A DNA stretch of 64,000 nt, taken from positions 15,197,653 to 15,261,652 of the forward strand of contig NC_134028.1 of NCBI RefSeq assembly GCF_964204645.1, in the 5' to 3' direction. The DNA is from Tubulanus polymorphus. Taxonomy: Eukaryota; Animalia; Nemertea. Within the stretch, counting starts at the first letter, position 1. Each line of letters opens with the position of its first letter. A program made the translations under genes and the position numbers. Shown piece by piece: positions 23,531 to 37,093 of this stretch. A model generated the notes under the pieces. The model was not told the origin of the DNA. It did no database searches and worked only from the letters and a program-made list of their open reading frames with translations.

Positions 23531-24272
23531 AATGTTCATTTAGTCATAGAAATTCATTGCCTTTTTGGAGTTTCTGTAATAATATTTGTTCTGCCCTAAT
23601 TTTTATTACTGTATGAACCAATGCTTTGTAAATATGATGTAATAAAATAAATTTGAATTAAATTTGAACATGAGAATCAAGCATAACTTGTGTTTTTTCA
23701 ACTTGTCTTACTTGTCTTTTGTTAACAGTTCCAGAGTTTCAATTACAATCAAATCCAAATTGGCTAAAAAGTACATAGGACTAAATGAAATGAACGGTTA
23801 GTTACTGCAAACCTATTCCAGTGTTATGTCGATCGTGTTGAATCACTTTCCTTGAGTTGAAAGAATCAGATCTTCTATGGTACAACATCGGTCGAAGAGA
23901 GATATCTTATATTAAATTATAATGGCACCAGTTATAGTAACATCACTGTAGGGCCGACGAGAGGGAAAAAGTTGTGTTTGTAGTACATAGGCATGGTAGG
24001 CTTGTCGTACTCACTTAATACTTAAAACGCTGTTGTTACCTGTACGTGACTGTACGGTGATTTCTACAGGTTAGCCATATGTGAGTACGTTGACGCTCAG
24101 ACTTGCAATATTGGGATTCAAAACCAAACGAAAAAAAAATCCAGTAGTAGTCCAGTGATTTACCCACTGTGCCACAGAACGTAACTGGTGGGTGGATGAA
24201 ATTTGATTTACAAATAGCCTAGCCTCACCTAACCCAAACTCTATTCTTTTACGCATGCGCGTTTGCAGATTA

Positions 24273-24612
24273 TAGGAACTCACGTACAGCGTTTTTAGGG
24301 AACTCACGTACGGTTAACCTGTGGATATCACCGTACAGTCACGTACGAGTTACAATTTCGTACTTAAAATGGTATTGGCTACTAGGAACTCATGTACGGC
24401 GTAAGTAGGGAACTCACGTACGGTTAACCTGTGGATATCACCGTACAGTCACGTACGCGTTACAGTTTCGTACTTAAAATGGTATTGGCTACTAGGAACT
24501 CACGATTGGCATTATAGACTTAGTAGGGACCTCACGTACGCGGTTAACCTGTGGAGATCACCGTACAGTCACGTGCGGTTAACAACTACGTACTTAAAAT
24601 GGTATTGGCTTC
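24273..24612. repeat. Three ~115-120-bp tandem repeats, with an inverted partial copy at ~24035-24095
   Basis: GGAACTCACGTACGGTTAACCTGTGGATATCACCGTACAGTCACGT..CGTACTTAAAATGGTATTGGCT occurs three times. Confidence 0.9.
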
Positions 24613-25882
24613 TATATAATAGGCCTATAGACAAATAAATACCGGTAGGCTTTCTTATAATCTTAGCTTCCACACTTCACAACCGAACCAACTGACCAAC
24701 CAGTATATTTAGTCCCAGTACGCACCAACCGGCACAGGCCTAACACTGTTTGTCAACTGTGTGTACCGTTGTAGGCTATCGATAATCACCTGATACTTTT
24801 CTGTCGTTTGTTTTCTCTCTGAGCTCAGACCACTATTCCAAAATCTTCTATATCCTATAGTAAAAACAAGAAATTCGAGAGTTTAGTTCATATATAAGCG
24901 CGTAAATTCAGGGGAAATCCTGCTTATGGCTCATAGGCCAGCATCTTAGCTACGCATTGAAGTGGTTTTCGCCCCACATACCCAACCTTACTTTTGAAAT
25001 AATCAAACCTTTAGAAAGGAGGGGTATCCCAGTACAGGTATGCCAGTACATCCAAGCCAAATATCTAAGGGAATCCCCCACCGTGTTTGGTACCCTTACT
25101 CCAAGCAAAAAAAGTCCAGGGAATCCCTTATTTTATCATCGATCTGTCTCTCAGGATCAATGGATTTCATACATATAACCGAAATTCGTTACCTATCCCA
25201 TTTGCAGAAATTATGGCAACATTTATAGGGGACCTCTTCTTCACTCTAGGTACTATTTTTGGGGTCCGGCCCTACGCATCTTCGAGCTACTAACCTAATT
25301 GTGGTCTGATGCCCTCTGAGACGAAGGCGAACGTAATTCTAGTAGCCTTCCGCGACTCAACGACCTTGATTTAAACTTGATCAATTCAAAGTCTGTTTAT
25401 TGACGCTTTTGGTTACATGAACTGATCAGCAATATACTTAAATAAAATAACCGGAATAACAAGAAATCAAAAATATTAAAGAGGTAACAAACAAATGCCC
25501 GTAAGGCTTAAACCTGTCAGACACGCGAACGCCGGACTCGTAAACTCTTGGACTCGGACCCGCTGAGCAATAAATTCATAAAATTGACTTTGAAATTGAT
25601 TGTGGAGAAGAGAGGGAATAATTCGATAGCTCTTCCTCGAAAAGAAGAGAGAAATATCGGTAAGAAAACACAACATGGCTACTAATTGAATGGAGCCAAA
25701 TTTCCGATGTTTACGGCTCGACAGTGCCTTTATAACGTGGATTTATCAAAATTCCCATGCAGTATCTGGAGATTGAAGTGAGCTGAAGGACATCATACGG
25801 ATTGTATCGGCGACAGCGGTAAGGTAAGGAAGCCTTTACACTTTTAACAAAAACTATGTGGAAAAGGGAGAAAAAAAAATAA

Positions 25883-25990
25883 TAATAATCACGCGAATTT
25901 CAATAGGGTTTTCTGTGAAGAAACAGAAAACCCTAATAATCACGCGAATTTCAATAGGGTTTTCTGTGAAGAAACCGAAAACCCTAATAA
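25883..25990. repeat. ~51-bp tandem duplication
   Basis: TAATAATCACGCGAATTTCAATAGGGTTTTCTGTGAAGAAAC.GAAAACCC occurs twice. Confidence 0.9.
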
Positions 25991-28900
25991 ACTGCATGAA
26001 TGAAACTTCTAAATTGAAGTGAATTTTACAATGCTGGACTTTTTCAGTCATTTCAACCTATTGAATAAGGGCCGGTTGCAGTCAAAATTCGGTTTAGTAT
26101 AAAGGTTTCCAGTTCCGCGCCATATTGTAGAGGTCCCCAGGGTCTCCATTGTTACGATAATTTTCACTTTTTTGAAACATAAATTTTGATTGAAAATCAA
26201 TAAGCTCTGTTCAGTCCCTTGTATAAAGAACGTAATTTACATATCAACATGAAATGAAATGCAGATTTTTTTTGTCTGGTGATTCTCGGGTTTTTCGAAC
26301 GCAGGAATTGAGAACAATGGCGATGTCAAACAAGGACCGCAATTAGGCCTACAGTGGGACAATAGCTTTTCGTTAAACGAGGTTTCAAACGATTTTTCAT
26401 GGAAACGAAATGAATCTGTGGGTGTCAATGAAAAACAAGCACAAACTATCGTCAGTTGACTCATTACTGATGGCCGGTCTGTGTGAAATATGTGATTACC
26501 TCAGATTTCACACGTGAAACTGTGATTTTTGCACTGCGTGAAAACATCACCAGTTTACCCCGTCCCCCTGATATTAATCTGGATCTGGCGCATCCCCCAA
26601 ACCGCTCAGGGGCGTATCCAGACCCAAATCTAAGTGGTACACTCACTGAGTAGGGCGCCTTTCCGAATTTCTTATACAACGATGAAGTGAGTACCACAGG
26701 TGCGAAGCTATTTTTTTTTTTGGGGGGGGGGGGTGAGGGCTATTTTGATTTGAAGCCCAGCCCTATCAGAGCATCTAACACAGCAATCACACAAATTCGT
26801 GGAAAGTCACCAATGTTTTTTTTTTCATGCTGGCTACCAAATGTCAAGATAAAACTGTCGACATGATTTAGGCCATAGATTAGAATTTTTGGAAAATAAT
26901 TCTGCCCTTTAAAGGATTTATAATACTATGTTTGGTGCCCTTTTGATAACTTTTGGCAATATGTCGTGCCCCTTATGATTTTTAACAATTTGAACGTGCA
27001 TTTTCTTGAATATTTGACAATTACTGAGTCGTGCCTGCCCCTTTTTAGGACGTTCTTGGTAACATAGATTAGAATTTTTGGAAATTTATTCTGCCCTTCA
27101 CATGATTTTCATGACTTATGGCGATAAATGTGACTGTCTAAAGAAATTCCCGATTACAATGATACGATAATGACTCGGTAGGCCTACTGCCCTAAGGTTG
27201 ACTGCGTTAAGCATAGGCCTAACTAACACTGGCACTATAGGACGACAAAAGTGCAACCAAACAAATTTACGTTTGTTCAATATTTCTTACACAACGCATC
27301 GTAGGAAATCGCCGATTATGTGACATTTAACAGCGATGGCAGTAGTTTCCTGTTGCTTTTCCTCTAAATTGCGATTCGCTCTTTTCTAGGCATTTTCACA
27401 ATCACAGTGAATTCACCTCGAACATCGGTCCGCAGAGCGGATTGTTTGCGGGGTGGACAGTATTTTACGAGAAATTTTTTGAAAAGGGCACTTGACAAAT
27501 TTAACTGGCCGCACGTGCTGCAGGTGCAACCCCCTGGATCCACCCTGTCCCTCGGGGGCCAAGGGTTTCACCGCCATTTTTTTTACACTGAGCATTGAGA
27601 AGACATCAAAATTTAACCAGTCGTTAAACTTAGCTTAGCGGCTAGGGCTACCGGTACCTAATATCATTCCAAGGCTACTATCGGTTCGATTGAAATAAGC
27701 AAATGTAAAGGTTGCTCTATTTACCCGAGTAATCTCCAATTATTGTATGATGAAAAAAATAACCTCTGCCGAATCCATGTTTTGTTTCTTAGAGCTTGCT
27801 CTTCTTCCCTTTTTTTAGTACTGCGGTGTAACTCTTCATTCTATTAGTGTCCGTCGGTCTTCAATTAACTGCCAAATGATCGGTACTTTTCATAAATTTA
27901 ATATATCAAAAATTCGTGATTTTTAACCAGAGTTTTCAGAATTCTTCATTGACTTTTGCTATTCAACAGTGGGCCAAACATGGATTCCGAAACCTAAACA
28001 GCTGGAAAAACTTTTTGAGCTGTTTTAAGGAAGGAGGTTTTCAGCTGCAAAGCTCACACTGTTAGAAAAAATCTTGTAAATTTACTAAAAAATCCTGGCA
28101 GCAAAGTTGACTAGCAAAAGTTGTAAAATTACATGCACTTGTAACCAGTACAATAACTTGTAATACTACAAGATTCAATTGTAGAAATACAACTTTTCCC
28201 AGTCAACTTTGCTGCCAGGAATTTTCAGTAAATTTACAAGATTTGATTTCATTTCACAAGACAAATATGTAAAAACAATAACAACAGATTTTACATGTAA
28301 CAATATAAAATAGATGATTTATTCTTAGAAAATACTCCTAAAGTTTAAATTTGAATTAATTCTTCTACGAAACCAAAAAAGCTGTCATACATACTCAATG
28401 TATAAACAAACAAGTAACATTTCATGGTAGAACTTCAAATATTTACATGTCCGTATTTCAGATTCTTGTTAGACATCAATGTCCCAAATTGGTTACTTTT
28501 AACACATGTACAGTGTAACCACGTCACAACCTTGTATGATTACCCAATGTTTTAAGAAACACTGGTATAATGAACACTAGAAAATCCTGACAATCCTGCC
28601 TGACCAAAGAGAAAATTCACAAACCGCATATGAACTATTAAATTCATTGTTCTGGGAGGTTTCGTTGCAACAAGATTTTCATTTAACAAGTTCTCATTAC
28701 ATTCAAAGATATTGAAAATCTTTATGTCATGATTTTAAAAAAATAATTGTTTTGCCACTCTCTCAAATTATTTTAGCTTGCAAGTTCACTGCTGCCCAAA
28801 ACGACTTAGTTAGACCAGCTTTCATCTATGTGACACAACTTAGTTTAGATTACTTGTACATGAACTTAATCTATATGTCCTTACATGTAATCATAGTTAT

Positions 28901-29541
28901 AATCAATCGAAAATGATACGAATTAAGATCTACTTCACATGAATTAATGAAAAACGAGTGACTAAATTTAAGTCAAAACTTTTGACGCACTCATATCCAC
29001 ATTTTCAAAGAAAATTGTCAAAAATTTGAGCAGATGAATGTTTTGAACAATGATGTCAAAACATAATACAATCAAATGAGATTTTATGAGAAAATAAAAC
29101 TCTTTAACAGAGAAGAACAAGTTCAAAATTATCTAATACACATCATAGAATTTTAACCTGACTTAACATAAAGCTCCTCTGGCATGGTTCTCACACTTAC
29201 AAGAATTAAAAATTCCCAAGTTTTTCCCTGTACTGTGGGAACCATGCTCTAGTGGAGTGTCAAGCGTCAGACGCGACGAAATCTAATATAAGAAATGAAA
29301 ATCACATTCCACACAAAACATTTCATAAACTTTTGAAACTCTTAACACCATATATAATAAAAGTTAGTATTTGATATTAAAACAAAAATCTTTAAACTTT
29401 AAAATCAAAAGATTATGAATTCACTTGAATTCCGACCATACAAGTGCATCAATTAATGGATGAGACCAGTTTCCTGCCATATTTTATATGCTTATATAAA
29501 TGTACTATTAATTAATTATGCAAGGTTTACAAGTGGTTACT

Positions 29542-32500
29542 CTAAATGCCCCAATCTGAATCCATTTCCTTCAAGTCGTTCACGAGTCTAATTATCCTTG
29601 GGTCCACTGAATACTTGCGTTTCTTCAACGATTTTGAACCTTTGTCAGGGTTTATATTCATGACACACCTGTAAGAAAAAAAGGGTAAGTATCAACCTTT
29701 AATCTTTTTAAAAAATTGTCTCACCTAGGAGATTACAAGTCTGCAACTAATGCATAATAGCTTCATCGGGATAATGAGTCTCATAACTAAAGTGCTTGTA
29801 ATCATATGAAATCAATTTACTTATAAATATTTAGTACTTCTCATCTTAACACTTTTGACTTGAATTTTGGTCCTTTATAGTTCACCTTGGAATAGGGTAT
29901 GACTGAATTTAACAATGGGGAACTCGCAACGTGACACGCCGTAGGTCGTCAGTTGTCAAAATTAGTTTGCACCGAATAAATATAGTCGCAGGACTCATCA
30001 AATACTTTCATTCTTCCAATGAGATATCGGTATAGTTTTCATTAAAATTGATTCATTTAAGAGTAAAGTTCATTCAGCCTTAATTAAAATGTAGAACTCT
30101 TAACGCAGAAGACAAACTGTCTACTAGTGACACCTGGTGGATCCTTGCCTGCAAACATGGAATCCTTGATTGCCTTAGAGATCAATGCGGGTACCACTTT
30201 GATCTCTAATTCCCTAAAAACCCTATATCACTATTTTCATTCAATTTCATGAAATATGAAGGATTATACCTCTGAATAAATTCCAAAGTGGTCTTGCAGT
30301 TGTCATCATATGCGAGATTAAAAACATAATGCACAGAAAACCATGCCTCTACAGCCTGTTGCCATGTACTTAAACACTCTATCAAAATTCTGCTTTCCAC
30401 AGCAATAAGAAACTCCGTTGATTCAAAGATATTTTCACCTGCAAGGAAAATTTCAGTGTGTATATGCAAAATATTAAAAATTCAAAATCTTATAGGCTAA
30501 AATATTATATCGCATTCCTCTATAACTTGCCAAATTGAATCTCTTATTCTATCTACCCAGATGATTTTTATTTCCGAAATCATGATAAATTGAATTGCCT
30601 ACTAGTGACCCAGTCGATAGTGAAGCGTGAAACAAGGTATCACATTTTTAGCCTTAATAGATTGAGTTCAGGCAAGCTTACGTGGTGCATGGTACACCAC
30701 TGGTTCCTGACAGTTGTTATGTATCCCTTGCGTAGCAAGTCGACCTAAGCTAGCCTTTAAAAGATGCAGGGTTACGTAAGACTGCCATAAGAAAACAATA
30801 AGTACAAACAATATGAAGTAAATATGTTTGTAATATGTACAAACAACATGAAAGAGCTGCAAAATAAAGTCACATGTCAATTTTTATACAGATAAGAATC
30901 ACATTCAGAACGAAAAACATTTCGAAAATGGTAAAGGAATGATGTGGTAGATTTTTCTTTTGTGAAATAAAATTTCCTCATCATCACATAAACAAATTTG
31001 ATTAATCTTACCTAGAGCAATAATTATTGCAGAATTTCCTAGATTTCTGATAGCGTTTCTCTCCTAAAAATAAAAAAATACAAGAAATATTCAATATCTA
31101 TTTTTAACAAGTCAACAGTATGCCATTTTGATTCTGCTTATACATGTAATTTTTAGTCCAAATGAAGTTCAATCAAGAATATAATATCCCAGCAGCACGA
31201 ATGGAATCTTTTTGAGGTAATAACAACTTAGAGCAAAGTCTAGTTTTTCAAATTCACAACTTATGCTATCTGAAAATTTTGTGGAAATCATCGACAAAAT
31301 GGCATAGTTTTTTATGTATGAACTGAGCCCAATCTACCCATTTCCAGCAACGTTATTCAGGAAAGATACAAGATTATTGTCATTTCACTTAAAATACATA
31401 TAATTATACTTGATAGATACAGTGCAGAAGAACCCTTTTAAAATCAATACTTACACTAAAAACACGAAACACAAAATCGACATCTTCTTCGAAGTAGCTT
31501 ACCAGAAGTGGCAAGAATCCAATTGTCAGCGCCTCTTTATTCCTTTTTTGTGCAATATGTTTATCCATTTCCGCCACCCAGCTGCTGCACTTAGCATTTT
31601 TACTCTTTCGCATTATAAAATTATATAAACGACCTGCTTTGTTGTTGGCCATTATTGCTTCATCAAATAAGTCATGAATCGATAAATGCATAAGAGTATC
31701 AAAATGCGCCATCAGATATTTGTATGTCATTAAATATGGCCATGCATTGCGGATTTCTGACAACGGCTCATGACTATTTATCATATGCCTTTGAGACGAG
31801 TATGTTAGACGCATGGCTTCGTCAATCTCTGCATTATATACACCTTTTATAAATTCACTTTTTAAAAACTCCTGTTTCATAACTTGTGAAACTGGCGTTT
31901 CACCTTCTGCATGTCTAACTGACCAGTTGATACAACCGTAACTATCACGATTACTAGAAGAAACGCATGATGTTCCTTCAAGATCACCTCCTCCAACTCG
32001 TTTTTTCGAAGTGTACACGGTCGGTTTAGTACAAAGTCTCCTTTGATTAATAAGTCTCCACTGAATGCTAGATACGAGTGATTGTATACCGTTACCAATT
32101 GGCCTACCGCTTAAGTCGGTTTCCTTTAGACAAGGAAATTTCGAGGTTAATTTTCTAGCGACTCGTTCAATGCTTGATTTGGCTGTAGGAATCTTCTGAT
32201 ATACAATTTGGGCTGTAATGTTGCGGATTAATTCTTTCATGCCAGCGGAATTTGGTTTAGTATTACTTCGTAATAACTCCAGAGTTGAAGAATCAATCTT
32301 ATCATAAGGAATTTTGAAAACCTCCATTTCATCAGCTGAATCATCAAATTCACTTACAGTGAAAGACTGATTACTGGTAAATGAACTAGACGATTGAGAA
32401 CTATTGGGAAATTGAGTTTGTGGTGAATTTCTATTATAACATTGAAGTTTTGCAACGCCATTCATAAGTGCCAGTCGTTGACCAATTGATAGTTTTAATT

Positions 32501-32642
32501 CTTTAACGATGTCCGGTTCCAACATTTTCAAACAGTCTTTTCTAGCCAAATCTTCGTGCAATAAAATTTCTTTCGTATTTTCAGTGATACCATTAGATAT
32601 ACACCACGCCTCAAAATCAAATTCAGTATCACGGTCATCCAT
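29542..32642 (-). CDS. EnSpm accessory protein, SAM-like N-terminus (SAMD3-like), four exons: 32642-31455, 31063-31012, 30438-30270, 29668-29542
   Basis: GT-AG introns join in frame to give ..HYVFNLAY..TLEFIQR|CVMNINPDKGSK..VDPRIIRL..*. Confidence 0.8.
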
Positions 32643-32848
32643 CTGTAAAATAAAGAACTAATTCATTTTAATGCAATTAATATCCTTACAAATGGAGGAA
32701 CTGGGGTATTTCAGAATTTGGCTTGTCCCAAAAATGTTTGTGATCATGGCTACTATCTTTTTTATTTTTTAAATTCAATAGTCAGCAAACCAATAAATTC
32801 TTTTAAATCAGACAAATGGATAAAATTGTTAAAAATCCACTAAATCAG

Positions 32849-32946
32849 AGGCGTTTTAACGAGCATCCGATTTTTGCGATCGATTTCGTGCTCGTAAATG
32901 CGTTTCTCCGATCGATCGCAAAAATCGGATGCTCGTTAAAACGCCT
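32849..32946. repeat. Small palindromic MITE-like element (~35-bp arms)
   Basis: AGGCGTTTTAACGAGCATCCGATTTTTGCGATCGAT and its reverse complement. Confidence 0.85.
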
Positions 32947-32972
32947 ATGAATTTCAGTTACCTCTATATAAT

Positions 32973-35645
32973 CTATGCAGATTCCTGAATGGCATGTTTA
33001 AGAGCGACATACTTTTTTCCATCAAATGGGTAAGTGACCAATGGCTGATAATCAATTAAACTTTGAATATCCATACACAGGAAACTATTTGGAATATAAC
33101 TAAGCTCATATAATCCAAGATTGGGATCATGTTCTCCTACCAGACATTCAACAATTAACAGTATTTTCTTTTCAAACATTAAACACTGCACAATTCGACC
33201 AAATTCTGCTTCCGCAATTCTGTACTTTATCATAACTAACAATCCCTTACTATATACAATACTATTGTAACATACTCGATCAGAAATGGAAGCATGAGGT
33301 GGAATATTTTGACCAGTTTGTTGCTCAAAGATTTCAATGCAGCCCCTAATGCTATCATTATAGAGTTCCCTACTGAACGGTATAGATTTTTCTAAATAAG
33401 TCTCAACAGGGAACAAAGAACCTTTCATTAGATAAGCTTGGAATAGTTCATGTCGTTCACTCAGAGACTTAGTTATGTTAATAAAATTCTGGATCTGCCT
33501 CACTGCTGTTTTGAAATATTTGTGCTTTTGCTCAAAACGCATAGCCCAAACGCGCATTAAAGGCCCAAAGCAACGGATAAGATACGGATAATGGAAGAGA
33601 AAGTGGTGTTTCGGTCGAAGGGTAGTTATGGTATTAACAATCTGTAAATATTCATCTATGATAGTCTGTAAGTAATTCAGTTGATATTCCATTATTACAG
33701 GAGCACAAATATATTCTACAATTCTACGCAACAATATTACCATTTCCCATAATTGATCATCCTTAACCACCTTAGAGCCAATCAAATAAGGTAGATTTCG
33801 CAAGAGGCACCATGTTTGTACAGCATGCCCACCAACTTTTTCTTTTTTGCTGTCTACAATAGATGGTCTGTCAGCAGCATCATAACTTTGAAAAGCAAAT
33901 TTTTTGATCTTATTGTTGAGGTAATCGTATGTAAACCATTTCTTAGTTTTGATCATGTGAGAGAACACTTTTGCTAGATCGTAAGTAACAACTCCTTCAA
34001 AAAGGTCGTGACCCAAACAAGGTGGAAGCCTTGGTTCACACACATGAAAGTTTGGTAGATTATTAAATATGCTATTCTTTTTTACACCCTGGTGATGAGT
34101 AGCTTCTGGCATATCTTTAAGAGTTTCAAGTGAAGAATCATAGCTTAAAGGGGTACGGAGCATGGCATGATGTTTGTTTTCTAGAAGATCAGCTCTGGTA
34201 ATTAAGCAATATCTACAGAAGTATTCACCACTAAAGTTTTCTAAAAACCCTCCAATGGCGTGGCTGCCAAGGTTGTCACCTGTGATATTTACTACAGCTC
34301 CAAAAATCTTCCCATCCCTATAACTGATGCCATTTGTTCCCAGGTCTTTTAAATCATTCACTAAAACACTGAGAACATTATCAAATCCAAACTCTTTTAC
34401 ATTCTTTTCGGTACACAAGAGCACTAATTGCATAGGATCTATCTTAGAACGATGGTGAGGCAAGAAATTTGCTAAGTTGAAATAAACTGCTAAAATTTTG
34501 TGCTTGGTCTTTGCACTCCCTAATGGATTAACTACTTCAAATGAATCCTGATATAAGATAATCTTTAGGGAGACTTGCAAACGTTGGAATAGCTCAATGT
34601 TTTTGTAAACACTTCCATCAAATATATCTCTATAAGTTTCATTGATTGACTGATGATAATTTTCCAACTGATCAACCACAGTCCTATCACTGAGCATGGC
34701 AGATAATTTGTCTTTGATTGGAACATAATGGCAAAATTGTTCTTTGTTATTTGAATTCACACCTAACCGAATTGATACTGGTTCAACATAATTAAAATTT
34801 TCTTTGAAATATCTTTTTCTTTTGTAAGTACTTTTAAGCTCCGATTTAAGAGGTTTAAAACAGTCCGCACTTGCCAAGGTCTCAACAACAGTTTCTATGG
34901 TGTCATTTGGAATATTATGACTTGCAAGATTCAACTTTAAATCATGTCTTAATTTTTGGTTATGCAGATTACCAAAATCATTGAATGAATCTACAATGAC
35001 TTGAATAACTGATTCAGGCAAATGATGTTTTGCTTGAAGACGGAGTAACAATAAAGCAAAATGGTCAAGAAATTGTTGATCCTCTACATCTACATCTATT
35101 TCATCATTATCTTCTAAGTCATACACACAATCTTCATTTAACTGATCATTAACATCTATTTGCCTATCATTTTCTCGTATTCCAAAGGGATCTGGTTCAG
35201 CTTGAAGATAAACAGCAGCTATTTCTTCCTGTGCCCAATTTACATGATATCGTGAAATATGTGAGGTAAATGATGATAATTTATTGTACTTAAAAGTGCA
35301 GTTCGCGAATGGGCAATTTACTTCTCTACCTTCTCTTATATGTTTCTTCAAGTGACTAACAAGTTCAAGTACATCTAAACAATTTTGTTCGCAGAAATCG
35401 AAAGAGCATATGAGCCTATCTCTTTCACTTCGATCAACACATGACAGTTTAACTCTCCTTCTATACTCAAGGTGATTGGTTGATACATGACTATTGAAAG
35501 TTGAATAGTTTCTAAATTCCTGAGAACAGCCTGGTACACCACACGGAAAGAGTAAATTAGGGACATTCCTATGAAGCCTATAATGTTGGACATATCTCTT
35601 CAACGAGGCAGACGTGTATGCACATTCTTTACACTGATATCGCAT
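32973..35645 (-). CDS. EnSpm/CACTA-type transposase with N-terminal C2H2 zinc fingers (~890 aa)
   Basis: LYQDSFEVVNPLG, GDNLGSH, CRYC, CLGHDLFEG, PKHHFLFHY and WAMRFEQKH motifs; uninterrupted ORF; ATG at 35645 follows a splice acceptor. Confidence 0.9.
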   Translation of the reverse strand: MRYQCKECAYTSASLKRYVQHYRLHRNVPNLLFPCGVPGCSQEFRNYSTFNSHVSTNHLEYRRRVKLSCVDRSERDRLICSFDFCEQNCLDVLELVSHLKKHIREGREVNCPFANCTFKYNKLSSFTSHISRYHVNWAQEEIAAVYLQAEPDPFGIRENDRQIDVNDQLNEDCVYDLEDNDEIDVDVEDQQFLDHFALLLLRLQAKHHLPESVIQVIVDSFNDFGNLHNQKLRHDLKLNLASHNIPNDTIETVVETLASADCFKPLKSELKSTYKRKRYFKENFNYVEPVSIRLGVNSNNKEQFCHYVPIKDKLSAMLSDRTVVDQLENYHQSINETYRDIFDGSVYKNIELFQRLQVSLKIILYQDSFEVVNPLGSAKTKHKILAVYFNLANFLPHHRSKIDPMQLVLLCTEKNVKEFGFDNVLSVLVNDLKDLGTNGISYRDGKIFGAVVNITGDNLGSHAIGGFLENFSGEYFCRYCLITRADLLENKHHAMLRTPLSYDSSLETLKDMPEATHHQGVKKNSIFNNLPNFHVCEPRLPPCLGHDLFEGVVTYDLAKVFSHMIKTKKWFTYDYLNNKIKKFAFQSYDAADRPSIVDSKKEKVGGHAVQTWCLLRNLPYLIGSKVVKDDQLWEMVILLRRIVEYICAPVIMEYQLNYLQTIIDEYLQIVNTITTLRPKHHFLFHYPYLIRCFGPLMRVWAMRFEQKHKYFKTAVRQIQNFINITKSLSERHELFQAYLMKGSLFPVETYLEKSIPFSRELYNDSIRGCIEIFEQQTGQNIPPHASISDRVCYNSIVYSKGLLVMIKYRIAEAEFGRIVQCLMFEKKILLIVECLVGEHDPNLGLYELSYIPNSFLCMDIQSLIDYQPLVTYPFDGKKYVALKHAIQESA

Positions 35646-37093
35646 GGGAAAACTGAAAAAATTAATCAAAACTTAGTAAGATTCTCCACTAAGGCACTAG
35701 ATAAAATATGATCGTCTTCATAAGCTAGGGGTCCAGGGACACCATGTCCACTCGGGAAGTGGTTTGAAATGCCGAACAAACAGAAAATTTCAATATTCAA
35801 TGCCCCATGCATTGATGGTTGGACCATGACATATGCCTACGTTCTACAAGGACTAATGACCTTGAAACTCAACACATACAACATGTCATAAGCTACAACT
35901 TTGTAATTGATTGTGGTTAGAAAATATTCATAGGTACCAATATAAATAGGCAAATTGTATATAATTCAATATCCAACGCCCCCTGGTGTGGTGGCGAGAG
36001 AGTAGAGTTGGTGGTAGCCACGGCAATTTTTTGGGCCTCATTCTTTAACAAGAACTGTTTTATCAAATATATAGAGAATTCAACTAAACTTGTTATCACA
36101 ACATAGGCCTACATCATATACTTACACTGAGGTTGCTCGATCTATCCTTATTTAATCCAAACGAATGCTAATTCGATCCACTTCACGTTTCCACTTCCAC
36201 GCTTACCACGCTTTCCAACAGGTGTTTATTCAACGACAGTAGCGAGAGTAAGGTTACTCACTGTGATGTTCGAGTCCCGTAAATAGACGTTCAATATCAT
36301 TACGTTCGAATCCCAAAATTCATTCAGTATCGTTGTGAGGTTCGAATCCCATGATTAATTCACCGATGTATATTAATCAATTACACTACAATCTTTTTTA
36401 AATACCCTCTGTGGCTTTGTATCAAACCATTAAAAATTATTTCTTAAGTAATGGCTCATGGTACCTTAGCCAACACTTGGCCTGTAATCAGTAATGTAAC
36501 ATAACAAGGATTTCTTGTAGATTTACAGAGAATAACAGCATAAACTGTTATTGTCAAATACTATTTTGTAAATTGACAGCGTGATTGTAAATTTTACATA
36601 AATTATGTACATTACAAGATATCTTGTTACAATTTTGCTGTAAAATTGCAGTTATTTTTAACAGTGCAGAAACCAATCATCTGAATGCACAAAGGCCTGA
36701 AGATTTCAAAATCTGGAAGAGGGCCCAGATTAGACCCCTGATTCATCCGTCTACAATAGGTTTGGATCCGCCGCTGCTGTCTATCTTAAAATTATGCCTT
36801 TTCACTGTGATGAAGTTTGAATCCTGTGTGCATAGGCATGAAATGCTGGATCAATGCATGGGGATCATAACATGTTAAAAAAGCTTATTGTCTTGAAATT
36901 CTATCCGGCACCGGTTCAACTGAGAGGCCTTTTAGCGGGTATCACGAAAAGGAATGATGGTATGAATCAGAAGAGATATTTTGAATTTAATACGCACCAT
37001 CATGGTCATGGCGATCTCGATCTTGAAATCAGATCCTGCAAAAAAATTCATTTTATAGAACGATAACCACACTCAAACGTGGTGAACGGATAG

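Larger units (their letters stand above)
28057..36666 (-). mobile_element. CACTA/EnSpm (CMC superfamily) DNA transposon, apparently autonomous
   Basis: Termini CACTGTTA(G/A)AAA..TAACAGTG, 2-bp TSD CA (28055-56, 36667-68), subterminal TTGTAA/TTAC repeats, a 28070-28245 inverted repeat, and two genes. Confidence 0.88.

Noticed and set aside
24273-24612. Possible CRISPR-like array (also 2788-3125 and 52990-53530)
   Set aside because: Whole units repeat with no unique spacers, there are no cas genes, and the context is eukaryotic.
21100-28000. Numerous 60-80-aa ORFs in the spacer and in 55000-64000
   Set aside because: No recognisable motifs; they lie in repeats and are consistent with chance ORFs.
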